From: Marsupella aquatica
Lineage: Eukaryota > Plantae > Marchantiophyta
NCBI GenBank assembly: GCA_973895155.1
Contig: OZ316894.1
Coordinates: 22,105,867 to 22,169,866, forward strand
Direction: 5' to 3'
DNA length: 64,000 nucleotides
Shown: one piece after another, positions 1-12,515 of the stretch
Numbering within the stretch: position 1 is the first letter of the stretch
Layout: each line of letters starts with the position of its first letter
Translations under genes and position numbers: made by a program
The notes under the pieces: model-generated
Database searches by the model: none
What the model saw: only the letters and a program-made list of their open reading frames with translations
Told to the model about the DNA's origin: nothing

Positions 1-180
1 TTCATGAAGGAAGAATTTAGATGGGAACTGGTCCATCGATCCCAGTTTGCTTGCCTGAAATGCAAGGGCCCATAAAGAAGACTCTTCATATGTGCTAAAT
101 CCCATTTTCATGCACTTTCACCAAAAGGCGCACAGAACTTTGTCCAGAACATGCAGTTAGTTATTGAATAGAGCACGCAC

Positions 181-1634
181 TTGAGTAAAAGTTGCATCTC
201 ATCAACTGGGTATCGGAGCTCCAGTGCAGTGGTTCCTGAAGAAGAGGTGAACGTATTGAGAGAGTCCACAAGTAACGCGAGACTAACTCCAAACTTTGAT
301 CTCCCTTGAAGCTGGTAGTCATAATTCCTGAAAAGCTGCAACAACAGAAGAAATCTATCGAATTAGGTCATATTTGTATGATTAATCTCAGTCTTTCAAA
401 CAAAGTCGATTCGAGTTTAGTGCCGAAGGCTTAGGGATACCTGTCCTTGGAACATCACAAGCATACCTTCAACGGTCAGGTTTGCCATAACTTATGCTTC
501 TTCCACTTTCACCCAAGAGTTCTTGGAAGGAAATTTGAAGAAACGATATAAGCCCCAAAACCACTCGTTGCCACAAATGAATAATCGAACACGATGAGTC
601 TGTCTAAGAACTCTATCCTGAACAAGGTACTCAGACTACTTTAACATACGTACTTACAAGACAGAGAAACAGTGGAAAATAAATCATCCGCATCTCGTTT
701 TGGTTCGTTGTGACAGAGGGCACAAACCCGTTCTGTCAATGGAGTCATCCTATTTCTTTCTAATCTCCTTGCGTTTCCAGGATGAAGAATTTTCTCTAAT
801 TTGGTCATTACCATTGAGATACGTAGGTACGGCAGAAGGGCAAGAATTTAAAATTAGTAAAATTCAAAAAGTCTAGATCAGTGACAACCGAGCACTGTGC
901 CTGCAAATTCCATCTCCTGGAGAGTATCATCTATGATATGATAATGACCATCCTTGATATGTCTCCTTGAACGCCAGCCCCACTCAACACTTAGCAGAGG
1001 TGTGTGCAGCTAAATCCCATAGATGATGCAAAGTCAAGTAATCAATAGAAATTTCTCGACAACTCAACACAATTCAAGACCTAAGGCTTACGTCCCCACA
1101 CAGAAAATACCTCTTTTCTAAAGAAGACTCGGGCCTGCATGCAACCCCATTCTTCCACTGTGATCACAATGCCATGCTCTGAAAGCTCACACACTGCATC
1201 CTGCTCATACGTAGTGATGTATTGTCAGATGACACAGTCCACAGCTCAGGAGCATGACCGTATATTTTCTGTCCATGACATCACCAACTAGGAGCAGGCT
1301 GATTGCAAACAATCCCCAAATGTAGAGCATAGACTTATACAATTGCCAAATCGATTCTTGTGTCTGATTAGTCATGTAGCAACGATCAGGGTTCTTAAAA
1401 CCCAATTTCTCTTGAAACTTGAGCCTTGAAGCCCGACAGGTTAGCCCGGTCCTGAGAAGCTACTGGACAGGTAGTTGGGCTAAGCAAAATTGAAGAAAAA
1501 ATTTGAAGAATAATAAAAACCTGCTGTCTCTTCCAGTGCACAGACGTGAGCGCATCCACCAAACCCTGGACATTATCCAGCAAACACCTCAATTGCCCTT
1601 GCGCCCTCGGAGGTGACTCCAACTCCGAGCTCAT
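181..1634 (-). CDS. RAD1: Cell-cycle checkpoint protein RAD1 (9-1-1 clamp subunit), 5' exons only; gene continues left of the window
   Basis: GT-AG exons 1634-1521, 1200-1111 and 335-181 splice to MSSELESPPRAQGQLRCLLDNVQGLVDALTSVHWKRQQ/DAVCELSEHGIVITVEEWGCMQARVFFRKE/LFRNYDYQLQGRSKFGVSLALLVDSLNTF...YPVDEMQLLLK, matching the plant RAD1 N-terminus (LDNVQGxVDAL, ELSEHGIV, FGxSLxLLVD). Confidence 0.92.
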
Positions 1635-2929
1635 TGTCCCACACAAACATTCAGGACACCTACGTCACAGCGAGACTAACGTTCCCAGCTTCTGCAGGCT
1701 GAATTGCACTTCACACACGAAGCCCACAATTGATGTTCTGTCACTAATTACTTTGAGGCCCGTGAACAGAGATTTGCGGTAACGAAAGGGCGCTACTGCC
1801 ACGGCTTCAGGGAAGCTAGAAAGAGAATGACTCCAGCAACATCACTTGTTCTTTCACTGCTGATGTACTGCCCACTGCTTCTTGATTCCTGCTTCACTCG
1901 GAAGTACAAAAGGGTTTAAGCTCAGCGCAATACGTTTGATACCTGCTACTCAGCCTGCACTCCCAAGACGTAGCTGCAAATTTTCTTGCTTTAAGTGAGC
2001 TCATCTCATCGACCTCTCCGTTTCTCTAAGACAACAAATCGGTAATAGACTTTCATCAGCTTTGCACTGTATGACTTCAGTTGAAGCACCCTCACGAACA
2101 TTGCTTTGCAGTAACCAAATAGAGATATGAAAGTCATGATTTGTGACATGCCCAAAATGTTTACAGCTCTCAAAATTCGCTCAGCTGGCTGCAGAGTCTT
2201 CCATCATACATGCGGAAATACATCTCGCCTGTTTATTGGCGGGAAAGGGAGCTGAGCTGACGACAGTCTTACTAATAATTAGAGACAGATAATAGCGTAG
2301 AGTACAAAAATCTGTCAAAGATGGGAGATATACAACTTTGTCAAGAAGTGTGACAGCTTCAGAATAGACCATTTGGAGGTCCAGAAATTTTCAATTTTTT
2401 TCAGCGAGATTTCATCATGGCAACGAAGTAAACAGATTATACCTTTTAGGTCCAGTCTATACTTCATCAGCAATTTGTGCCTTCGCCTTGCCATCAAGAA
2501 AATTTCCACCTCTTGCATATCAAAGTCACTCTTCAAACAAGAATCATAAACAGCATTTTTTTTAGTGTGGAGAATTAGCTACATTCCACCTCTATTAAAA
2601 GTCTTGTCCACTTTAGGCAAAGATTTGTTACAAGAGTATTTTTATCTTCCATTCACGAGTTTCCCACTTAGACACAGACCCCAATAGCTAGAATCTAACA
2701 GTTGCGCCTAAATCTAGAGAGATCTGACCGTCAAAAACTAATATTGGTAAATTTGATGAGGAGATGCCTACCATCTTGCCACCCTGGCAAAGAAGGAAAC
2801 ACCTTAAAATTATGCTGGTTTCAACCTATAGGTAGCTTAGTTTGTGACAGACATGAAGTTTAATAGGTTTATAGTTATAGTTATGAACATTTGTGCAATT
2901 CTTTTTCTTGGGGGCAGTGGGGAAGTAAT

Positions 2930-5733
2930 TGGGGCAGTGGGGAAATTTTAATTTACAATATTGTCACTATTTTTTTATATTTATAAAAATGTCACTGTTT
3001 ACATATATAATTCCCCTAGCATCTCTGGGATGAGGTTCGAGCACCTCAGGGACTGCTTCTCCCCCGATGACTCGGCATCGGGTTTCCAGGAGTTGTTCCA
3101 GGTGTGTGCTCATGTTGCAGGTGGCCGCATTCCGCCTGTTGTCGCTCGGCTCTTGGGGGTGTGTCGGCTCATGGCTTTGGCCAAGGAGATGGGTGGTGTT
3201 CGACCCCTGGCCATTGGGGAGGTCCTGTATCGTCTGGTTAGCCGCTGCATTTGTTTACAGATGAGGGCACCGTTTGCTTCACACTTCTTCCCCCACCAGT
3301 TCGGCGTGGCCACCCCGGGCGGTTGTGAGAGCGTGGTACATGGCTTGCGTGCCGTTTTGGACCTCCACCCTGATTGGGGGGTCATTCAGGTGGATGTTGC
3401 CAATGTCTTCAACTCTGTCTCCCCTCGTGTGATTTTCGAGGAGCTTTGGGATGCTGGGGGGGAGATTGCATCCCTCATCCCTTTTGCTCGGGCTTTTTAT
3501 GAGACCCCTGCCCCCTTGGTCTACTCTGACCATCTGGCGTCTGGGACATACTCCACCATTATGTCAGAGTCCGGCACCCGGCAGGGGGATCCCCTTGGTG
3601 GTGCGTTGTTTGCCTTGGCTCATCTTCGGGCCATCCGGGCATCTTCCGGTGCTTTTCCAGGTTGCCTGTTCCCCTCTGTTGCTGACGATACTCACATTGT
3701 TGCTCCTGCCTTGCTTCTTGGAGATGCCAATATCCATTTTGTTCAGCAACTTGCCATTATTGGTTTGTCAGTACAGCCTAGGAAGTGTGGGGTCTGGTCC
3801 CGTCTTCCTCTCCCGGACTCATTCTCCCCCCCTCTTGATATCCCCATTAGACATGATGGCATTCGGGTCCTTGGGGTGCCGTTTGGGGGGACGGCGGCCT
3901 TTGAGCAGGAGTTTCTTCAGTCTGCCTTGGACCAGGATGTTGCGCACCTTGACCAGCTGGTGGCTTTGGGGGATGTCCAGATTGCCTTCTTGATTCTGGT
4001 TTTGTGTTTTGTTCGCCGACCATCATACCTTCTGCGGACGGTCCCCCCCACCCCAACGTTTTTGTCTTGCTCTCTTCCTTTGACACCACCGTGATGCGGG
4101 TCTTTGGTCACCTCATCGGTCCTGGAGCCCTTGATGGAGAGGATGGTTCTTTTGCGGCTAGGCAGGCATCTCTGCCCCCATCGGGAGGTGGTTTGGGGGT
4201 GTCGTCGGCTATGGTTGCTGCTCCTTGTGCGTTTCTTGGCAGCTGGGCGCAGGTGGCCCCCGCCTTGGCGTCACGTTTCATTGTGGACCTTCGGCCTATC
4301 CTCTCTGACTCGGTCATGGGAGTGGAGAACTGAGCTCTCCCTTTTCAGATCCAGCTTCGTCATGCCCAGTCCTTATTACCGGAGGATGTGCAGAGCGTGG
4401 TCCCTGCTTTTGAGGGAGTTATTTTGGACAGTCCCGACCGAGTTCAACAGGTGATCTTTGATCGCATGCACCGATTCACCCTTTCTAGCATGCTTTCCGA
4501 CGCACCCTTTGACTTGGTTCGAGCGCGTCTTTTATCCGGTTCGGGCGTTGGTTCGGGGGCTTCGGGCGTTGGTACGAAAGGTAATTTAGGGTTTAGGGTT
4601 TAGGAAGTGGTGAAGACAAAAGAACTCATACGAAAGGGGGCCCCCTAACCAACGCCCGAACCAACGCCCGAACCGGATCACTAAACCCCCTTTCGTATGA
4701 GTTCTTTTGTCTTCACCACTTCCATGCGCCTCCGTCTTGGTCTTCCCCACCCATGCCTCCTTGGGCAACCCACATGTGTTTGTGGAGCGCCCTTGGATAG
4801 GGGGGGAATCCATATCCTACGATGTGGTCATGGTAGTGAGCGGACGGCGACACACGATGACATCCGGGATGTGGTAGCCGCCATCGCTCGTGATTCCGGG
4901 TATCATGTTATGATGGAGCAACGACATGTGTTACCACCCCGGGATGGAGTACTGGACAGGCGTCGGGCTGATTTGGTTTTCTCTCGCGCTGGTGTTCGTG
5001 CCCTTGGGGATGTGGTTGTTGCTGACTCCACTAGTGGAGCCAATTTGGCGTCCGCTGCCCACATCCCAGGTCATGCTGCCACGAGGGCTGCTCGCCTCAA
5101 GGAGGAGGCTTATGCTACGCGTTACCCAGGGGACCTTTTCTACCCGTTTGCCGTGGAGGTCTTTGGAGCGCTGCACCCGACTTTTGACCAGTTCTTGCAC
5201 TCCTGTGCGGTTCATTATGTCGAGCGGCGGCCTTATCCACCAGTCTCTGTTATCACATCCTTTTTTAGACAGAGGGTTTCCATTGCACTTCAGCGTGCAC
5301 AGGCCTTCACTATCCTTCGTAGAGGCGAGGCGGTTGGAGTCCGGGCATCTAGTCGGATTCCATTGCTTGACCCCCCTATGCAGTTCACGACAGAGCTTTA
5401 TCAGGCCCTTCACTTTGCCGTTGGGTAGTCTTTAGGTTTGTGTGTCCTTTGTTCTCCTTGGGCTGGGCTTGTGCCTAGTCTTTTTTGTTTTTGCTCTTTG
5501 GCCTTTTGGCCTTTTTTCTTGTTTCCCTTGATTGGGTTTTTTGGCCTGTGGGATCCTGTCTCCCGGTCCAACGCCTCCTGCTCAACGCCTCCTGCTCTTT
5601 GGCAGTTTGATATATATTAGTTACCTTGGTAAACTTATCATCCCTATAAGAAACCGTGGCATTTTTATAAATATAGAAAAAATAAGAAGAATATTGTGAA
5701 TATTGTGACAAAGTAATTAAAAACTGGTGCCCT
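2930..5733. repeat. Imperfect AT-rich inverted repeat pair (foldback/MITE-like) flanking the CRE element
   Basis: Left arm ~2930-3000 contains tatttttttatatttataaaaatgtcactgttt. The reverse complement of the right arm (~5650-5733) contains tattttttctatatttataaaaatgccacggttt. Weaker similarity (gggca..ttttaatt..ttgtcac) extends outward. Confidence 0.6.
3010..5611 (+). mobile_element. 5'-truncated, degenerate CRE-clade non-LTR retrotransposon (RT plus C-terminal restriction-like endonuclease)
   Basis: RT motifs GVRPLAIGE, HQFGV, QVDVANVFNS, GTRQGDPLG, SVADD, LGVPFG. C-terminal CxC..H..C knuckle and RLE motifs (THD, RRADL, GDVVV, KEEAY, PFAVEVFG) in ORF 4697-5428. Frameshift near 4070, stop at 4331, T-rich 3' UTR, both ends abut short (TA)n. 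Confidence 0.85.
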
Positions 5734-5810
5734 AATATAATAATGTATTCTCGCCACGAGTACTTCCTCGAAACTCAACCGTGATGACCACAATAACCTA
5801 ACCGGGGGAC

Positions 5811-5825
5811 TAGGGTTTAGGGTTT
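5811..5825. promoter_or_regulatory. Telo-box (TAGGGTTT x2) upstream of the ribosomal protein gene
   Basis: tagggtttagggttt about 140 bp upstream of the RPL5 ATG. Telo-boxes are established elements of plant ribosomal-protein promoters. Confidence 0.7.
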
Positions 5826-5962
5826 ACCTCCCCTCTCCTCCGAGCTCCGGAGAAAACTCAGAAAGCAATCTGTTGGAGCACAGCAACAACAGAAGTGACG
5901 AGCGGAAGTGGAAGGAAGGTGTACATTTCTGTGCATTCTTTGGTCTCCAATTGTTCGCAGCG

Positions 5963-6841
5963 ATGGCTTTCGTGAAACCGCAGAAGAGCAAGGCCTACTT
6001 CAAGAGGTTCCAGGTCAAGTACAAGCGCAGGAGAGCTGGAAAGACCGACTACAGAGCGAGGGTTCGCCTCACTACTCAAGACAAGAACAAGTACAACACC
6101 CCGAAATACAGGTTCGTCGTTCGATTCACGAACAAGGACATTGTGGCACAGATCACTTATGCGACTCTTGCCGGAGACATCGTCCTGGCCGCAGCCTACT
6201 CCCATGAGCTCCCTCGATACGGAGTGAAATTTGGCCTCACCAACTATTCGGCAGCGTACTGCACTGGTCTCCTCCTCGCCCGAAGAATTTTGAAGAATTT
6301 CGAACTTGATCAGGAATACGTCGGCAACACGGAGGCTACCGGAGAGGATTACAACATCGAGGCTGGAGACGAGGCGAGGCCGTTCAGGGCTCTCCTGGAC
6401 GTAGGGTTGGTCCGAACTACCACTGGGAACAGGGTTTTCGGAGCGTTGAAGGGTGCTTTGGACGGCGGTTTGGATATTCCCCACTCGGAGAAGAGATTTC
6501 CAGGGTTCAACAAGGAGGAGAAGTCCTTGAATGCCGACATTCACCGGAAGTACATTTTGGGTGGACATGTCGCCGATTACATGAAGATGTTGAAGGAAGA
6601 TGCTCCTGAGAAATATCAAAGCCAGTTCTCGAGCTTCGCCAATGGGGGAGTGGAACCTGAGGCACTTGAAAAGATTTACCTGGATGCTCATGCAGCCATC
6701 CGTGCTGATCCGTCGGTCAAGCTGACCGAGAAGAAGGCCCCTGCTGAGAAGAAATCTTGGAAGATGAAGAAACTGAGCTACGAGGAGCGTAAGGCTAACC
6801 TTGTGGCGAGGTTGAATTCTGTCAACGAGGAGGACGAGTAA
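5963..6841 (+). CDS. RPL5: 60S ribosomal protein L5 (uL18), uninterrupted coding region, 292 aa
   Basis: [30 protein letters not shown]...[12 protein letters not shown]...[28 protein letters not shown]; intact ORF from ATG 5963. Confidence 0.97.
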   Translation: MAFVKPQKSKAYFKRFQVKYKRRRAGKTDYRARVRLTTQDKNKYNTPKYRFVVRFTNKDIVAQITYATLAGDIVLAAAYSHELPRYGVKFGLTNYSAAYCTGLLLARRILKNFELDQEYVGNTEATGEDYNIEAGDEARPFRALLDVGLVRTTTGNRVFGALKGALDGGLDIPHSEKRFPGFNKEEKSLNADIHRKYILGGHVADYMKMLKEDAPEKYQSQFSSFANGGVEPEALEKIYLDAHAAIRADPSVKLTEKKAPAEKKSWKMKKLSYEERKANLVARLNSVNEEDE

Positions 6842-6948
6842 GGGAGTTTTTCTGACATGTGAAACTCAACCGCACCGAATATTCACCGGCATCCTGACTT
6901 CTTTGGTCGAATTGCGGACCAGTGGCACTGCGCAGAGTCAGTCAATTT

Positions 6949-7220
6949 ATTTGACCGTAGAAAACGCACTTGCTGGAGAATTTTGGTCTTTTTATCAGCA
7001 TTCGCATGATCTTATTCTCCCAGTTTTCAGAATGTTTTGTATTCCGATCTCCTCACCGGGATCCTAACTTCTGTGATCATGTTGCGGAGTATTGGTTAGA
7101 CGCAGATTTACTCAAAATCATTTTGACCGTCCAAAACACACTTGCTATAGAATTTCGGCCTTGTTATCAGCGTCGCATACTCTTATTCTCCCAATTTCAG
7201 AATGTTGTGTGTTTCGATTC
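6949..7220 (+). repeat. Two diverged ~100-bp direct repeats (period ~170 bp) downstream of RPL5
   Basis: tttgaccgt..aaaac.cacttgct..agaattt.gg...ttatcagc..tcgcat..tcttattctccca.tttcagaatgtt occurs at ~6949 and ~7121. Confidence 0.7.
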
Positions 7221-8027
7221 CAATTGCGCTCAATGTGGTTTCTAAATCGAATAAACAATCATTCTCTTACCATGGATTGAGCTAGAAAAGCTTACTCATT
7301 CTCGGGTCCGAGTCACTTTGGAGACTCTTCTTGTGAGTCCTTCTGCAGACAGGCGAAGCTAGTTCGGAAGAATTCTTCTCAACGGATTGAGATGGTAGTT
7401 TGAGTTGCATTTTGTCATCTCCTCAGCTGACTTTGTTGCTTCTTTTATTTTTGAGATAAGGTCCGTTGCACTTTCACGACTTTGAGGTATCAGAGTGATA
7501 CAAAATTGAACATAAATTGAGTCTGAACCTAATTCTGCCTGACATGCGTATCACCTCTTACTGTTGGAACAACCGTTCTTTGGAGTTCATGTGCCTCCTG
7601 GTCACTATTCCGTGCAATAGATCTTGCCTATGCTAGTCACCCGGCGACAAAGAGACGATAGATTTTCAACAACGAATACTGATCGCACTTGCGGACAAAG
7701 AGTTGTGACTCATACATTTCATAGTTCCTTCATGGAGCTTTTATGAGCCCTGGTTGGATTGTTCCGTTCAAATCGAGAAGTACCCTAGTTCCCAAAGTGA
7801 TGTGTCATTCTATTCAGATTCCTTAACTTTGAGCAACCATACAGATGCAGTAAGTCTGTTGCTTGATGCAAACGCCTCTTGCTACTAAGTGCAATGATGA
7901 GATACCTACTTGCATCTTGGGCACAGAACCAATCCAACCTAACTGAAAAAGAATCAATGACGAGCAGACACTAATCTATGATACATTGCTGCTCGAAACA
8001 ATTGGACAGACTCCCCTCATCTCCAGA

Positions 8028-10683
8028 CTAGATTCCTAGTTCTTTCTTAAGCTGAGCGAGCATGTCCTCAATCTCTGCAATTTCATTTTGAACTTGGGCT
8101 TTGTCTGCCTCCCCATCGCGTGGAACGGTAGGACCCTCGGATTTGTTCTTGGCGTCTCTCGCACCAGACCATTTCTTGTCATTGCGGGCTTCATCACCCG
8201 GAGATTTTTGCTCTTTGGCCGTTGTCTCGTTGATGTTCAGTTCCTTCTCCAAAAATTCGACAAACTCCTCCCCAATATCCTGTATCGACAGAACATAACA
8301 TTATGAATAGGGTCATGATTATCAGATCCCTTTTCGTTTATTTCTTGTCTATCTGGAACTCGGTTTTTTTTCTGGGCTACACCAATCTCTGTGCCTTCGT
8401 CCTCACAAATCACAAAGAAGAAAAGATTGGCACACTTCAGTGCTGTGCAGTATCAAAACATTTGCAGAAGTAAGATCGGTACAGACCGCTAGTTCTTCCC
8501 ACAGACTCTTGGGCTTGGATGGCTTTTTCCGCCTATCTCCTTGGAGATCTCGAAAGAAGTCCTCTGCATCAGTTCAAATCCAACCACTCCATAAGCATTG
8601 GATAACCTTCCAAATAAGCTCGCTTAAAATGAAAACAAGGTAGCGAACTTCTGTATCAGGTGTGGTGAGCTACCAATAGATACCGATACGTCTTTGAAAA
8701 ACTCGCCTGCAACACGAAAAGCAAACCAACAACCTTATCATGAGGTCCATTACTTCTCCTGTGGTGCACAAGTTTAGTCACCAGCTACTAAGAATAATCG
8801 AACGTCCGACACGTGCAAATCCACCGAATCGAGATAACCAAATCATAATCTACAAAAACTCGAAGGCACCGACTACGAAGATCGAAGCTCAACGCTAAAC
8901 ACTTATACGCGGGAAGAAATTACCAATGTCATTAAAAAACTCCTTATCCTCTTGAAACTGTTGAGTCGACTTACTTTCTGACTCCGATCTAAAAGGATCC
9001 CCGGAGGGAGATCCTGAAAACCAAACCATAGTCTACACATAATCAAAGGCACTCACTTTGAAGAAAGAATTTCAATTCTAACCTCTTGACAAATGTACCA
9101 AGCCATTAAACTCCTGATACTTCAACGAGTTTTGAGCTGAGTTTCTTTCTGACTCCCAGCTAAATGGATCCCAGGAGGAAGATCCTGAGAACCAGACCAT
9201 AATCTATATATAATCATCAGCGCCAACTTTCAACATACATTTTCAACACTAAAACTCGGGAGCGAAGTAATAAGCCATTAGAACTCATTATGCTCCTGTG
9301 ACTTTTAAGCTGACTTGTTTCCCAACCCCAAGATGAAAGGATCCCAGGAGGGAGATCCTGAAAAGAAAACCACAATCTACCAATTACCAAAGGCACCAGC
9401 TTTGAAGAGAGAAGTTCAGCAGTCAAAAGTCGAACTCAGTGAAGGAAATTACCGAAACCATAAAACTCCTCCTCCTCCTCCTTCCGCGCTGACCGTTTTT
9501 CTGACTCCCAGCTAAAAGGGTCCCAGGAAGAAGAGCCTCGCTTGCTGGCATCATACTTTGCCCGACCATTCTCATCCGACAGGGTTTGATAAGCGCTCTT
9601 CACTCGAAGGAACTGCTCCTGCGCATCTGGCTGTGCAATAATTATTGCAACAGTAGATTAGATAAATTCAAATCGTCAGCACAGATTGAGACTTGAGACA
9701 ACTGCGTTAAGTAAGATTATAGGAAATCTTGGAAAAATCTCAATCTGATTAAAGACCTCTTTATTCCTCCATTAAATATTAGCAACGAAATTTCTTTAGT
9801 AGTCTCCTCCGCAAGAAGGTTATCTCAGTTAGTGTTGATTTTAAGGCTCTTCACAGCCTTAAAATTCCCATCCTCTCTCTCCATAGGCATTGTTTGAAGT
9901 AAAATCAAGTCCAATTTCTGCATGCCTTCTTAACTGTGGCCATGATGAAACGTTCAACACTGAGTCTCGCTATAACTCACAATACCAAACCACATCTCAC
10001 TGTCTCATCGCAACAGAGTTCGGTCCAGAAACACGACCACGCAAAAAAGAGAATTGTACCGCTTTGTTGACATCTGGATGAAGCTTGAGTGCGAGTTTTC
10101 TGTAAGCCTGTTTAATTTCCTTGTCGGTAGCTGTGGTTGGCACACCAAGTACTTCATATGCATCAAGAGCGGCATACAGTGTAAAGCTCCGGCAACCTTT
10201 TCGCCTCCTACCTTCTACTGTCTGCCTCCCAATTATAAGCTCAAGCACCTGCTCACGCGTAGCCACACTCAACGGATTTTTTTTCAGAGACCCTCCTCTA
10301 ATTCTCGAGCTCAAAGCCCCATCCCTCCTGTCAAACCCTAAATGTTGGGCCCTCAATTTCCCTTTCCCATACTCTTCACCGTGACAACACAAATTGCAAA
10401 TCCTGGAACTGGAACGATCTTTTAAGTAATAGTCTTCCCAGACCGAACGGACGTCTCTCCTCCTCCTCCGCCTCTGCTCGCAATCCCAGAATCCCTCATA
10501 AATGGACCACCCAGAGACAATCCGGATCCGTCTCGACCCACCCCCGAGATTCCAACGTCTCCTGCCTTCGCAATTCCGGCTGGACACTTCGCCCCTGCCA
10601 ACTATGCTCGTAGAGCAGCCCACCTCACACTCAGCCAGAGTAGAACCACGTCTGCCATAAACGCTGAAGGGAACGGCTGCCAT
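8028..10683 (-). CDS. Plastid-type J-domain (DnaJ class C) protein, resembling Arabidopsis At5g59610/DJC73 from memory
   Basis: Exons 10683-10060, 9630-9453, 8706-8674 (33-nt microexon), 8563-8487 and 8279-8028, all GT-AG and in frame. J domain ([41 protein letters not shown]), then [54 protein letters not shown]. Long Arg/Ser-rich N-terminus suggests a transit peptide. Confidence 0.88.
8911..9540 (-). repeat. Three ~170-bp tandem copies of the 3' half of DnaJ exon 2 with flanking splice-like sites, inside intron 2
   Basis: Units starting at 9357, 9184 and 9013 (minus strand) each follow a pyrimidine-rich CAG acceptor and encode GSxSWDPFxxESE-like peptides homologous to exon 2. Confidence 0.8.
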
Positions 10684-11140
10684 TAGAGTGATGTCCTTCC
10701 GATCATCTGAAAACCCAGGCGCTACTTCCACCGAAATCTCTTCCCTCTCCAGCTCACTGCTCAAAATCCTGAGATTGAGAGAGAATCGCAGAGACCATTG
10801 CAGCAAGCCAAAGGAGAGGAGAGCCTCAGCACCATTTTCCTCTGCTCCCAATTCCGCAGAGTATCAAATTAGAGCTCAACAGCAGCATCAGGGTGTGCAG
10901 TGAAGATTGCTGCATTCGTCGGAGTCTTCTCCTCTACTGGGCACACTCTCGTTCTCTCTCTGCATTGCATGAATCGAGTGAGCCCATCCTATCTTCTTCG
11001 GTTCACTCTCACCTTCCATTGGAAAACTCTCTCTCAGCAGCTGGGAGAGAAGGAGTTCAGCCCAGGGCTCCAGGTGTCCTGCCCACACTCCTCAGAAGGT
11101 GCACCACCTCTTTTGCCAAAGAGGTGCTGATAATCTTTAT

Positions 11141-11395
11141 CTGAGATTTATCAAAACCCACTCCCTATGCCCTACCCTATTCACAGACACATAAATATGA
11201 GCATTTACATTACCACAAAACTTTTCTGAAATTTATCAAGACCCACTCCCTATGCCCGTCCCTCCTCACAGACACATAAATATGAACATTTACATTACCA
11301 CAAAAAATTTATGAGATTTATCAAAACCAGTGCCCTATGCCCCTTCCCTACTCACAGACACATAGATATGAACATTTACATTAGCACAAAAATTA
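11141..11395. repeat. ~85-bp tandem repeat, 3 copies
   Basis: Unit gagatttatcaaaacccactccctatgccc...cacagacacataaatatgaacatttacattaccacaaaa is repeated three times. Confidence 0.9.
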
Positions 11396-12515
11396 CTACC
11401 TATGGCGCTCCATTGATTACCCTCTTCCTCAAACACAAGGCCATGGTGCTGTATTCTAATAGTGGGCAATGAGGTGTTGTATTCAAATTTCAACAATTTG
11501 TATTCATTTTTTGTACTTCTAGGGAGTTGTGCTTAAAATGTTGCCTTTGTGTTTGAAAATTGTTGGTGTGATATGATTCATGAATTTTGTCCCGTTTGTA
11601 CTCAATGTATCATAGTTTAGGGCCCAGTGTTTGGACATAGTGTTCAATAGACATTGTGTTTGAGTTCGATCGTCTGTTTTGTCATAGGACCCAAAATTTT
11701 CCATTTTTAAATACAACCTGTTGATGCTCTGTTTGGGGAAGACGGTAGGCATTGAATCTGTAGATTTGCATTGCAAATAGTGGAGGAAAATAATTGCCAC
11801 TGTTTCTAGTGTAATTATTCCTTAACTGTTCATTAAGCAAAGTAAGTACAGGTAACTTGAAACAATCCAACTGCCAACATCAAATGGTCATCCATGACCT
11901 CTACCTTGATCATAGCACCCTTCCCAAACCTGACCATTGGGTTGGGTCTCTTACTTTGCACCTAACCCCCTCCGGCTGGCTGCCCTGATATCCCATCCCC
12001 CTTGGTCGCGGGTGGGCAAGGTTGAGGTTAATTTGAGGAAGTTGATGGTAGTTTGACTATGAAAACTGGTAGGATGCTGACAATTGGATATTTCCAAGCT
12101 AGGTAGAACTTGCTTAACAGCACCTGAACAAGATGAAAAACTACTATCTAAACTAAAAAAGTAGCAAAGTAATTTCTTCTACAAAATAGAGTGAAAATGG
12201 ACTAAATGTTGGTTAGGTGCACATCTGCTTCTACTAGTGACTTTTAGTGCAACTAGTTCTGGAAAGAAACCCATTTTTACTTTCCCACTTCCCAAACTAG
12301 TCAAAATTATTAACTTGCCCCCCAAAACTAGTTCCCTCAAATCTCCCCCCCACCCCCCCCCCCCAACACACACACACACACACAGTTTGCATGTGGGCTG
12401 ATTTGACAAGAGTGTTAAGGATTTACTCTTAGGTCTAGAGTTACAACTTTAGCTGAAGTTAGGCTAACCTTAGTTGCAGGTTTGGTTAGTAGTCATTTTG
12501 CACACTACACTATAT

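Noticed and set aside
2315-2536. ORF upstream of RAD1 as an extra coding exon
   Set aside because: RAD1 has a suitable ATG at 1634 and the peptide resembles nothing I recognise.
5811-5825. Interstitial telomere or chromosome-fusion relic
   Set aside because: Only two units, at the typical promoter position of a ribosomal-protein telo-box.
5858-6691. 277-aa ORF antisense to RPL5
   Set aside because: Mirror frame of a highly codon-biased gene; no recognisable motifs.
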